Below, in pieces: positions 1 through 9,900 of a stretch of DNA of 64,000 nucleotides. The stretch spans positions 928,001 to 992,000 of the forward strand of contig CM000434.1 of assembly GCA_000165345.1 (NCBI GenBank), read 5' to 3'. The notes below the pieces were generated by a model, which did no database searches, had not been told where the DNA came from, and saw only the letters and a program-made list of their open reading frames with translations. The translations under genes were made by a program, and so were the position numbers. Position 1 is the stretch's first letter. Every line of letters starts with the position of its first letter.

Positions 1-1116
1 TCCAAAACCTTACCAGATCTCTTGTCCATCTTAGCAGTGATAGTCTGGAATTTGCAGGAAATGTGAGCGGTGTGACAGTCAACGACTGGAGAGTAACCGT
101 TCTTGATTTCACCTGGGTGGTTGAGGACGATAACTTGAGCAGTGAAGTCTTCACAGCCCTTAGCTGGGTCATTCTTGGCATCAGAAGCAACGAAACCTCT
201 CTTGATATCCTTGATGGAGACGTTCTTAACATTGAAACCAACGTTGTCACCTGGGACGGCCTCTGGCATCTGCTCATGGTGCATTTCTACTGACTTAACT
301 TCAGTGGTAACACCAGCTGGAGCGAAGGTAACATTCATACCTGGTCTGATGATACCAGTCTCAACACGACCGACTGGGACAGTACCTACACCACCTATCT
401 TGTAAACATCTTGTAATGGGAGACGGAGTGGCTTGTCAGTTGGTCTCTTTGGTGGTTCCATAGTGTCGAGGGCTTCGACTAAGGTCTTACCCTTATACCA
501 TGGCATCTTGTCAGATCTCTCAACCATATTATCACCAACGAAACCAGAAATGGCAACGAATGGGATCTTCTCGGTGTTGTAACCAACCTTCTTGAGGTAA
601 CCATCAACTTCGTTGAAGATTTCATCAAAACGAGATTGCTTGTATTCACAGGTATCCATCTTGTTAATACCGACAATCATTTGTCTGACACCCAAAGTGA
701 AGGCCAATAAAGCATGTTCTCTGGTTTGACCTTCCTTGGAGAAGGCACCTTCGAAACGATCGGCTGGGACAACCAATAAAGCAACATCAGCTTGAGAGGT
801 ACCAGTAATCATATTCTTGATGAAATCTCTGTGACCTGGGGCATCAATGACAGTGTAGTGGTATTTTGGGGTTTCGAATTGCCATAAAGCAATATCGATG
901 GTAATACCTCTTTCTCTCTCAGCCTTGAGCTTATCCAAAACCCAGGCGTATTTGAAGGAACCCTTACCCATTTCGGAAGATTCCTTCTCGAACTTTTCGA
1001 TAGTTCTCTTATCAATACCACCGAGCTTGTAAATCAAGTGACCAGTGGTGGTTGATTTACCAGAGTCGACGTGACCAATAACGACCAAGTTAATGTGAGT
1101 CTTTTCCTTACCCATG
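1..1116 (-). CDS. EF1A: Translation elongation factor 1-alpha (EF-1alpha), 3' end truncated by the window edge; start codon is the complement of 1114-1116
   Basis: Minus-strand translation from 1116 reads [30 protein letters not shown]... then ...[30 protein letters not shown]... then ...[45 protein letters not shown]. This contains the GTPase P-loop and is a very strong EF-1alpha signature. The frame runs off position 1 without a stop, so it is absent from the ORF track. Listed ORFs 63..293, 142..405, 479..676 and 809..1021 are wrong-strand or wrong-frame artefacts. Confidence 0.97.
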
Positions 1117-2565
1117 TTTACGCGATTTCTTTAAAAAAATGCAAATTACGACTTTTTCGAAAAAAAAAGCAAAGATATATTATATCTGTATTTTCCCTGT
1201 ACGAGCTTATATCAGTAATCCTGGGGAAAATATAGCTTTTTATTGTTTTGACAAAATCCCCTCACTTAGTTCAATTATATTTGGTGTCTCCAATATTACA
1301 TTATATTCTTTGAATACTTTTTTAAATACAGGATACTAATATATCATTTTCTGTCTCTTATTGAATTAAAATATTAGTTCCTGTCGCCATATTTAAATGT
1401 CTCCCTATAAGACAGCCGCCCATTCTTAATTATGTTACCGCCCAATTCACAGATTTGGTAAAATGGATGCTATTCTTCAGAATTCTTTCCTTTTTTTTTT
1501 AAATCACTCTTTCGCTGCTATGTTCTCATATGTAAAAAAGTTTGTTTTCTTTTTTCTCTGAGACTAAAGATCTTTAGTGTATTTTGTTTAAATAACTTAT
1601 TTCTAAAACTAATTTTGTCTAATCCCCACAGATAATTGCCAAACCGCGCGCGCCAAATGGTGTATTTAGCAAATTTTATTTGTGTGTGAAACATTCAAGA
1701 AAAATATAAAGATAAGTTCAAAAAGACAAAATATAGATGAGAATAATTTGAATTCAAAGCGAGTAATAACATGAAAAAGTTGAGTGGTAAACTCAAAGGA
1801 ATACTGATATTCTTTAAATTCATTGCTATAGCGCTCACTCTTCGTATTTATTCGTGGGTAAAATGAAGATTATAGATAACAAATGCAATTTGAGATTGAA
1901 ATAAACCCTTTCCTTGCTATTTTGTTTCTATCGTTTGAAATTTATTTAATAAAAAATTGTATCAAACTTTTATTAGTAGTTTCTCAACGATACCCTAAAT
2001 GGCGCCAATTTACTCGGTTATACTAAAATACATCTATAATTAATTTCGAATGCCATAAATCTTTTTTATACTCTCTCTTTTGTTGTTTCTCTTTCCTATT
2101 TTAACTTTTTGCTAATGATGACCCACCCAATTATCTTTTATTACTATTTGAGCTCGTTTAAACTAACTAAATAAGAATCTCCTCATTTCTAAAAACTAAA
2201 AATGCACCGCAAAGTTTACCGCGCGCGGCAAGTTTGTTAAAATGCATGCTTCATGCAGAAAAGTACAAGAAGGCATAAAAAAAATAATAAAATAATAAGA
2301 ACTAAATCCAATTTGGAAATAATTAGATTTAGAAGAGGTAGGAAAAAATTGTCACAACTAAATATTTAAGCTGGAATTGAAATCTAAGAATATAAAAACT
2401 AATTCAAATAGTTTTCAGAGATCTAAATTATATTCACAATAACAAAGCTAAAAAGAGTTATTTCTAACTATAAGAGTTGGAGAATTATTAAGAAGACAAG
2501 AATTATTATTTGTAATTAGAAAATATTCTCCCCAAATTTTCCTATAATCTATGTGTGAAATTTAG

Positions 2566-4503
2566 ATGACAGTCAAGAGAATACCAATAACAGAAACAGT
2601 TCTTTTATTACTGGTTCTCTTGATATTATCTCATAATGGAACTTCTGCCCTAAATATCTATTCTGCATTACCTGATCATATTGTAGAATGGCTTAAGAGG
2701 CATATTCTTATCGAGATCAGTAACGTAGATGGTAATATACCTCATGATTACTTGAAAGATGATCACCTAGAATATGCTCAAACTTGCAATTCAATTAATG
2801 GTCCATTTTGTAAATACCTTAATCAAATTTCTGACTCTTCCGAATTTGATCTTGATACAAAAAAATATATCTATGATCATGAAGGAGGTATCGGATATTT
2901 TAATAAGGATTTCTTCATTGGTAAAAGTATATTTAATTTATTCTTAATTCCAAAAATTGCTGATCTAAATGGAGGATATGTATATGATTCAAAAATTAAG
3001 GGTATTTCTAGAACAAGGTCTGATGATACTACTAAAATACAAAAACATTGTAAGCTAACAAGGAAAAGCTTATTCTACTGTATTAAAATTATTATATTGA
3101 GTTATTACAAAAGTTCCATTCAACAATTCACTGGGATTAGTTATATATCTAAATTTATTAATATTTGGAAGGAATTCTTAAGCCTTATAAAAAACAAAAA
3201 GTTATTCAAGCTTATTAATAGAAAAGCAAGTAAGAGAGCTTCCAAAATGATGTATGAAAAAAAAACTCAGATATATACAATCATTGATAATTATAATCTT
3301 CCTCCATTACATTCTGATTTTCTCAATCAAGGAGACAAATTTTTGAAAACAAGTAGAATTAAAGACGATCAAAGTCAATTAAAATATATTAGTGAATTTC
3401 ACAGTAAAAGTACCTATTTTCAAACAAAGTCTAATCTACTTTTTGATGAATCTTTGAGTCAATTTCTAAAAAGTAGATATGTCAGGGTTAATTTTATCAA
3501 TAGTTTAACTTGGATTCTACAGCAAAACAATCCATATTCTGATATATGGCAAAATTGGAGAAATGAAAAGCTTGGAAAACACTATATAATTATTGATCAT
3601 CATGAAAATTACAATTGTGATAAATTCTCTATTTCACCTTTTAATGGTGCTAAGATTTGTTCAAATCTATTATTTGGTGATTTTTATGATCAATTTAGAG
3701 TGATTAGAAAAGCATGGAATGGAGTTTCTTCTATTATGAATTTCTCAATATTGAAACCAAATGTTCATATTTTGCCAAGACAATTTTCAAGTGATGAAAA
3801 TCTTTCTTGTAATTGGGAGGGATTGTGGGAAACTTATTACGACCAAGTTTTAAATATTAAATTACTTTCTAAATTAGGGAAACTTAAGATAATTAATGAA
3901 AAGATTGTTATTTCTCGTCTCCCTATTTCAATAAGTAAAGGCTTTATAAAAAGTCAAACTCATAATAAAATGGATGAATTAAAAACCATTACTATTTCAG
4001 GATATAATCATTCAAAATTATTATGGAAAGCAACCATTCCTATAAATGAATTTATAACAGAAGATAGTAATGAAATCAAATGGATCAATGCTTTAGACTA
4101 TTCAGATAATATTCCATATTCACTTATTAATATTATTCAATTTGAAACAGATCTCACAATAGATAATATAGAACAAAGTATTATAGTAGGTCAATTTGAA
4201 TACAATCTATTGAATCCAATTTTTAATTACGTTCCGAGAACTGGAGAAATCTATGAGAATTTGAATGTAGAAATAGGCCAAGTAGCTGAACTTAGCTTAG
4301 TGGTTTACACTAACAATAAAGAAAAGAGAAGAAATAATAGAATTCCTTCAATATCTATGACAACAATGTATGCCAGCAAAGCATCTCCTTTAGTTTCAAT
4401 GTATAACATAGAGAAAAACAGACTTCAATTAAAAGATAGGATCAATGAAAATACTCTTTGTGTAATTAAGAGAAATATGGCAGAGATCACTAAAGACCAA
4501 TAA
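2566..4503 (+). CDS. Hypothetical secreted protein (645 aa) with a hydrophobic N-terminal signal-peptide-like segment and Asn/Ile/Lys-rich composition
   Basis: Long ORF. The N-terminus (PITETVLLLLVLLILSHNGTSALN) looks like a signal peptide and there are many N-x-S/T sites. No recognisable catalytic motif. Confidence 0.6.
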   Translation: MTVKRIPITETVLLLLVLLILSHNGTSALNIYSALPDHIVEWLKRHILIEISNVDGNIPHDYLKDDHLEYAQTCNSINGPFCKYLNQISDSSEFDLDTKKYIYDHEGGIGYFNKDFFIGKSIFNLFLIPKIADLNGGYVYDSKIKGISRTRSDDTTKIQKHCKLTRKSLFYCIKIIILSYYKSSIQQFTGISYISKFINIWKEFLSLIKNKKLFKLINRKASKRASKMMYEKKTQIYTIIDNYNLPPLHSDFLNQGDKFLKTSRIKDDQSQLKYISEFHSKSTYFQTKSNLLFDESLSQFLKSRYVRVNFINSLTWILQQNNPYSDIWQNWRNEKLGKHYIIIDHHENYNCDKFSISPFNGAKICSNLLFGDFYDQFRVIRKAWNGVSSIMNFSILKPNVHILPRQFSSDENLSCNWEGLWETYYDQVLNIKLLSKLGKLKIINEKIVISRLPISISKGFIKSQTHNKMDELKTITISGYNHSKLLWKATIPINEFITEDSNEIKWINALDYSDNIPYSLINIIQFETDLTIDNIEQSIIVGQFEYNLLNPIFNYVPRTGEIYENLNVEIGQVAELSLVVYTNNKEKRRNNRIPSISMTTMYASKASPLVSMYNIEKNRLQLKDRINENTLCVIKRNMAEITKDQ

Positions 4504-4645
4504 AATAATAAGTTTAGAAGTATTTATTCACTTGGGGGATGAATTAATGGTATTAAGGCGATTAAATATTTATAAAGGGATTATATAAACTTAATAATTT
4601 AGATGTGTAAACTAAGTATTAATTTCTGAATAATTGAGAAATGAT

Positions 4646-5131
4646 TTAATAGTTAATGCATTCATTTATAGTTAGAAATTTAAAATCTTTTGGCAAGATT
4701 GCGACTCCTTTTTCGCTAAAATTACCGAACATATCAATGCTAGTACTAGTACAGAGGTTAAGTAGCTTTTTTGGAGAGTATGGAAAAGTATACAAGGTAC
4801 CCAAAGAATCAGTGAAACTGATTAAGTATTTGTTCTTTTCGTTCAAAGTCTTTTTATTTGGAATCCAAATGACATTATTTACTTTAGTAAAACACTCCCA
4901 AGAGATTCTCATAGTTTTTTCATCTTTTAACTTAGTATGGCATTTAAATATACCAGTTTCTAATTTTGTTGTTTCTCCAGGCTTAATTGGTTTTATATGT
5001 GGAAAGTGAGAATTCCAGTAGTTGTTTTGAATGAGTTGACGTGAGCTTGAGTTTAGGCTTAAGTTTAAGCTTGACCATGCATTTTGCAATTCAAGAAAAA
5101 GCAAGAATAAAAAAGAAGAAAGCTTTTTCAT
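4646..5131 (-). CDS. Small putative secreted protein (161 aa), signal peptide plus 4 Cys
   Basis: Minus ORF begins MKKLSSFLFLLFLELQNAWSS (signal-peptide-like). The overlapping plus-strand ORF 4656..5009 lacks such features. An upstream promoter-motif cluster at 5437-5504 fits a divergent arrangement with the PDE gene. Confidence 0.4.
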   Translation of the reverse strand: MKKLSSFLFLLFLELQNAWSSLNLSLNSSSRQLIQNNYWNSHFPHIKPIKPGETTKLETGIFKCHTKLKDEKTMRISWECFTKVNNVIWIPNKKTLNEKNKYLISFTDSLGTLYTFPYSPKKLLNLCTSTSIDMFGNFSEKGVAILPKDFKFLTINECINY

Positions 5132-5436
5132 TTCTATTATTTTTTCCCGTTTATTTGCTACCTTAAAGATAAAATAATGTTGTTGGTAGGTTGTTTATGT
5201 GTGCAGAAATAATTGACAAATTTATTTTTCTAAGTTACTTTTTCTATCTTTTCTTGTTAAATTGAATAAAGGAGCGATAATTTTTGAATTTTGCTTATTT
5301 TATGAATAAGCTACCCACAGAAAAAAAAAATCCCTTAAATTCCAAAATCCCTCTCTTTCTCAGTCAATTTTTCTTAAGTTTAAATCTTAAAAGAAAACTT
5401 TCGTGATAATTTACTCAACGATATTTGTAAAAAAAA

Positions 5437-5504
5437 CACGTGTTTTTCCCGCCAATTGCATGCAAGTAAAAAAAGTGGCAAATTGCATGCAGTGACATGC
5501 AAGG
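5437..5504. promoter_or_regulatory. Divergent promoter (small secreted gene / PDE): CACGTG, TTTCCCGCCAA (E2F-like), and three (T)GCATGCA(G/A) boxes
   Basis: cacgtg at 5437-5442, tttcccgccaa at 5445-5455, ttgcatgcaag at 5456-5466, ttgcatgcag at 5483-5492, acatgcaagg at 5495-5504. Confidence 0.55.
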
Positions 5505-5707
5505 CAGTGATGTGGGGAAACAGTGTCGGTAATTTACGTGTGAATAATTTTTTGAGAAGGAATTTGTAAGAAAAATTTTTAAAGAGGAAGGAGAGATTTT
5601 GGAGAAAAGTTAGTGGTTGAGATGAGTTGACTGTTGTTTTACTAGAATAATATAATAGAAAGGTGAAAATAAGAAAATTTAATAAAGAGAATTAAGAAAT
5701 AAGATAA

Positions 5708-5750
<43 letters not shown>

Positions 5751-5754
5751 AGAG

Positions 5755-8700
5755 ATGTTTTTAAGAAAGCGAATAACAAGATTAGATAGCAATGAGAAGA
5801 AGTATAGCATAGAAGAAATACTTAATGGAATAACATATGGGAAAATAAAGAAATTTTCTTTAGGATGGAACTTATGGTTGGGAATTACAATATCTTGTAT
5901 TGTACTGATTTGGACAGCAATATATGCCTCAAGATTGTTAAATATTGCGCATAAGTTAAAGAATAATGATAAATTATTTGATGAAATAAAGTTTGATGAA
6001 CAGCTAACAATTTATGGATATAACATAGGAGGTTTAAGTTTATCTATATTAGCTTTTTGTAAGATGGAAAGCAGTCCCACTTTGCACAATATTGGAATAA
6101 GACTAGGATTATCTAATCAGATTTTGAAGCAAAGATATATGCTAAGAAATGCAATAGAAAAATTGAATGAAATAAAATATCCAATAGATAAATTAGATCA
6201 GAAGACAATAATAGAAGAGATGATTGAAAATACAACACAACTTCTAAAAGAGTTAGTACCTTTGCATTTTGCTCTTGAAGATCAGCCAAGTCCAATTTCT
6301 CCAGCTCCTCCTCCATTCTATGTTCCTTATAGAACAAATATTACAGAAAGTGAAATAAGAAATTCTACAGAAAGTGACTCAACTACATTTTTGTCAGCTA
6401 AATATTTATGTAACAACACGGAATATATTTCAGAAACATCAAATTCTCTCAGATATAAGGCATTGAATATAAGTAACCCAGCCAAATTATTTGATTTGCA
6501 TTATCTGAATGCATACTTTAAGCAAAGTGACATAATTAAATTTCAGTCTACAAACAGGATATTGATTTTCCACTTTATTGTCGTTATATTTGTGGTAATT
6601 ATAACTTTGATAGTTTTCTACTTTGGCTCAAATGATCACTTTCAGAAGAAAAATCGACTTAAAATGATGAATATTTGTAAAAAACAAATTATTGATATCT
6701 TTGATCAAATACTTAATGTGGATAAAGCCAATAAGTCTTTAATTCGAGATAAGTTTAAGCCTGTTTCTAAGATATTTGAGAATTTAAAGTATGTATGTGA
6801 TGGAATTGTGATAGAATATGGTAAAGATGCTCAGAATGATATTATATTTTCTTTAGAAACTTTATCAAAGGTTATTCATGAATTTCAAACTTGTGTTGAA
6901 CTAGCTCAAAAGTTTTGTGATATCTTGGATAATGAAATTAATATAAACAAAAAAAACACAAAAGAGCCTATTAAAATACATGAAATTATTGAACAAGACA
7001 TCCAAAATAATAATATTACTGGTAATAGCCACCATTTCTCAGATAAAGTTCCAAATGAAATTTATTTATACTCTGGTAAACAAGAATTTAATGACATTAT
7101 TAACTCAGTGGTTAATGTTTTAAGTCCAAATCTTGGTAAGACTATTTTTTGGGATATTATTCAGGTTGGTGATCATTCACTTATTCCAAATTCTATGGTT
7201 AATACTATTGGAGAAGTTAGTACAGGCGTCAAGCAAGTTATTGATGATAACTGGAATATAATATCTTCTAATCAAGAAGAAATTAGGGAATATTCTTTTC
7301 TGACAATTGATATTTCTCCTTGTATGATCTTTAAGAATATTCATAATGAAAAAAAAGCAGAAGATATCAAAGTTGAGGAAAATAATGAACAATATGAAGT
7401 TAATTGCCTTCTAGAGGCATTGAATTGTGTAACAAGAAGTTTCCATTTATTGATTGCTAAAAGGATGGCAAATTGTGTTTTTGGAGGGGTTTTGATTTGC
7501 CATGGAAATTTTGGAGATCAAGCGAGAGAGTTTCAAGTCAATGAACTTAATTACATTAGAGATATTACTGGAAATACTTTAATTATTCCAATAAAGAAGA
7601 ATCAAAAGAACTTATTAAAAAGTAATTCACTAATAAAAAGCTTGAGTAATATTATTAATCCAGATGTGAAAATATATACAAGTGGTTTAGACTTTAAGGT
7701 TTCAACAATCATAAAAAATATTTCCAAAATCTTAAATATTCCACATTTGGAAATTGAATGTTGGGTTCTACAAGAAAAAAATGATTTAGTTGACTATTTA
7801 TTGGATAAACCAGGATATTGGTTTATTGATACTTCAATCATTCATTTAATCAGTAGTAATTCCAAGTATATCATTAATTTATATAGCCAAAATTACTATT
7901 TGGACAATAACATTGACGTAATACTTTTAACCACAATTGGCAAGGTTGAAGTTATCTCTGAATATAACAATGACATAAATTTGAACCAGTTTTATTATTC
8001 ATTAAAATATTTTCTAAGTGGCAAATCATTTCCAGTTAAACAAAGCCCATCAAAAACTCATATTATACAAGAAAAGAAGATAAATTGTGATTATAGGCAA
8101 ATTATTAGATTATTGAACAGACCAATTTCTGAAATTAATGAGAACTTATTTAGAGATATTGGTAATATGAGCCAAATCTCTGGAAAGGATGATTCATTGA
8201 TTGGAAGCAGTTATATTAAACTGGTTGATATTAGAGAGTTATATTGTAAACAAAAGATGAATAAGAATAGTGGTAAACTTAAAAGTTTTAATGATGAGAA
8301 ATGGGACATTAGAAAACCAGAAATACTTTCCAAGGAATGGTATAATATCGACTTGCTTGAATTAAGTATAGATGAAATTAAAGAAATTGCAGAATTTTTA
8401 ATCTATTACAGATTTAGAGAAGTAATACGTGATAAAGACGATTATGATGATGATGTTTTGTCTTGGCAAATAAACAAAAGAAAAATTAAAAACTTTGTTT
8501 CAGAGTTAATAAAATATTACCATGAAGAAAATCCTTTTCATAATTTTCATCATGCTGTAAGTATTTCCATAACACTAAATAATTGGCTAGACAAACCTTC
8601 TGTGAGACATTATGTAAATTCATTAGAAGCTTATTGTTTAATCATTTCATCTCTTTCACATGATTTGGATCATCCAGGATTAACTAATGATATGATTAAA

Positions 8701-9375
8701 GAGTTGAATATTCTCTCAAGAAAAGTATTACAAGAATTTACAACAGATGAACAGTTTTTTGAAATTTTACAAAACAATACTCTCTCAACACTAAAAATAT
8801 ATAATAATTTTTCAGTATTGGAAAATCATCATTCTTCTCTCTTATTTGTAATATTAAATGATGAAGCTTCCAATATTATGCCTCCAACTACTTCCAAATA
8901 TTATTCAGAATTACATAAAATGATGATTAATTCAATACTATTTACTGATATGTTCCAACACAAATATTTGAGAGATCTAGTTTTAAACTTTAATAAAAAC
9001 TATTCCTCAAATTCAAGGAGTATCGAAGTTGAAGCACAAAAGAAGAAGTTGTATTTATTAATTTTACTACACTCTGTCGATATTTCAAATCCACTAATGA
9101 ATACTAATATATATCTAAAATGGTCAAGACTAGTTTATGAAGAATTAGAAAACCAAAAGAAACTAAAACTAATGTTAAATATTTCACTAAATGACACAAC
9201 TGACACGTATGATTATACTAAATTGCAAACCAGCTTTATTAGCTCAATCTGTATTCCTTATTTTCAAGCATTACTAAAATTTGACCCAGAAATAGTTCAA
9301 GAATGCATTCAAAACTTATACTTTAACAATGAGTATTTTGCAAAAACTGGTCAGAAAACAAGAACAAATAAATGA
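5755..9375 (+). CDS. Class I 3',5'-cyclic-nucleotide phosphodiesterase with a multi-pass transmembrane N-terminal region and a C-terminal PDEase catalytic domain
   Basis: The C-terminal region carries the PDE metal-binding signatures FHNFHHAVSISITL and SHDLDHPGLTNDMI (HNxxH ... HDxDHxG). The N-terminal third has several hydrophobic helices (ITISCIVLIWTAIYASRLL, GGLSLSILAFC, ILIFHFIVVIFVVIITLIVFYFG). This architecture is typical of apicomplexan PDEs. Confidence 0.85.
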   Translation: MFLRKRITRLDSNEKKYSIEEILNGITYGKIKKFSLGWNLWLGITISCIVLIWTAIYASRLLNIAHKLKNNDKLFDEIKFDEQLTIYGYNIGGLSLSILAFCKMESSPTLHNIGIRLGLSNQILKQRYMLRNAIEKLNEIKYPIDKLDQKTIIEEMIENTTQLLKELVPLHFALEDQPSPISPAPPPFYVPYRTNITESEIRNSTESDSTTFLSAKYLCNNTEYISETSNSLRYKALNISNPAKLFDLHYLNAYFKQSDIIKFQSTNRILIFHFIVVIFVVIITLIVFYFGSNDHFQKKNRLKMMNICKKQIIDIFDQILNVDKANKSLIRDKFKPVSKIFENLKYVCDGIVIEYGKDAQNDIIFSLETLSKVIHEFQTCVELAQKFCDILDNEININKKNTKEPIKIHEIIEQDIQNNNITGNSHHFSDKVPNEIYLYSGKQEFNDIINSVVNVLSPNLGKTIFWDIIQVGDHSLIPNSMVNTIGEVSTGVKQVIDDNWNIISSNQEEIREYSFLTIDISPCMIFKNIHNEKKAEDIKVEENNEQYEVNCLLEALNCVTRSFHLLIAKRMANCVFGGVLICHGNFGDQAREFQVNELNYIRDITGNTLIIPIKKNQKNLLKSNSLIKSLSNIINPDVKIYTSGLDFKVSTIIKNISKILNIPHLEIECWVLQEKNDLVDYLLDKPGYWFIDTSIIHLISSNSKYIINLYSQNYYLDNNIDVILLTTIGKVEVISEYNNDINLNQFYYSLKYFLSGKSFPVKQSPSKTHIIQEKKINCDYRQIIRLLNRPISEINENLFRDIGNMSQISGKDDSLIGSSYIKLVDIRELYCKQKMNKNSGKLKSFNDEKWDIRKPEILSKEWYNIDLLELSIDEIKEIAEFLIYYRFREVIRDKDDYDDDVLSWQINKRKIKNFVSELIKYYHEENPFHNFHHAVSISITLNNWLDKPSVRHYVNSLEAYCLIISSLSHDLDHPGLTNDMIKELNILSRKVLQEFTTDEQFFEILQNNTLSTLKIYNNFSVLENHHSSLLFVILNDEASNIMPPTTSKYYSELHKMMINSILFTDMFQHKYLRDLVLNFNKNYSSNSRSIEVEAQKKKLYLLILLHSVDISNPLMNTNIYLKWSRLVYEELENQKKLKLMLNISLNDTTDTYDYTKLQTSFISSICIPYFQALLKFDPEIVQECIQNLYFNNEYFAKTGQKTRTNK

Positions 9376-9426
9376 AAGAGTAAAAATATGATCATGTTCA
9401 AAATTTTGTTTATTTATTTAATTGAA

Positions 9427-9487
9427 TGCATGCATGCAATTATTTATTGAACTCCACGTGTGGCGCCAAACTTGGGTGCATGTAATT
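9427..9487. promoter_or_regulatory. Motif cluster between the PDE 3' end and the 9901 gene: ATGCATGCATGCAAT, CACGTG, TGGCGCCAAA, GTGCATG
   Basis: atgcatgcatgcaat at 9427-9440, cacgtg at 9455-9460, tggcgccaaa at 9461-9470, gtgcatgtaat at 9477-9487, about 420 bp upstream of the ATG at 9901. Confidence 0.5.
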
Positions 9488-9900
9488 AGTTATAAAGAAT
9501 GAAAAGTGGGTATATAAATAAATACACCCTGTTAAAAGTTGACTATTTGATTTCTTCTTTTAACAAGGTTATTTATATTATAATAAGGGAATATTTTTGT
9601 CAGTAAATTTACAATGTTAAGTACCTAATACTTGGAAAGAAATTTTGTAATCAAGACGTAAAAGAAGAAAAAAAAGTATTAATAATCATTTTAATAAAAA
9701 GGCACTTATCAAAGCCAAAATAAGAGTTTATAAAGCCATTTATATTGGATTCAAATATAATATTAAGTTTAAATGCAAGGTTTAAGAACAATAATATTGG
9801 AATACTTAAGTTAAAAGTAAATATTTCTTCTTTACAGTTTTTAAGACTTGAGTTAATCTTTTAATTGCTATTAGATTGGTAATTAGATTTAACTTAAGAG

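Noticed and set aside
63-1021. Plus-strand ORFs 63..293 and 142..405, and minus-strand ORFs 479..676 and 809..1021
   Set aside because: All lie within the EF-1alpha coding region on the wrong strand or frame. The genuine minus-strand frame gives uninterrupted EF-1alpha sequence from 1116 to the window edge.
4656-5009. Plus-strand 117-aa ORF overlapping the small secreted-protein gene
   Set aside because: It overlaps a minus-strand ORF that has a convincing signal peptide and an upstream promoter cluster, and has no features of its own. Likely a shadow ORF.
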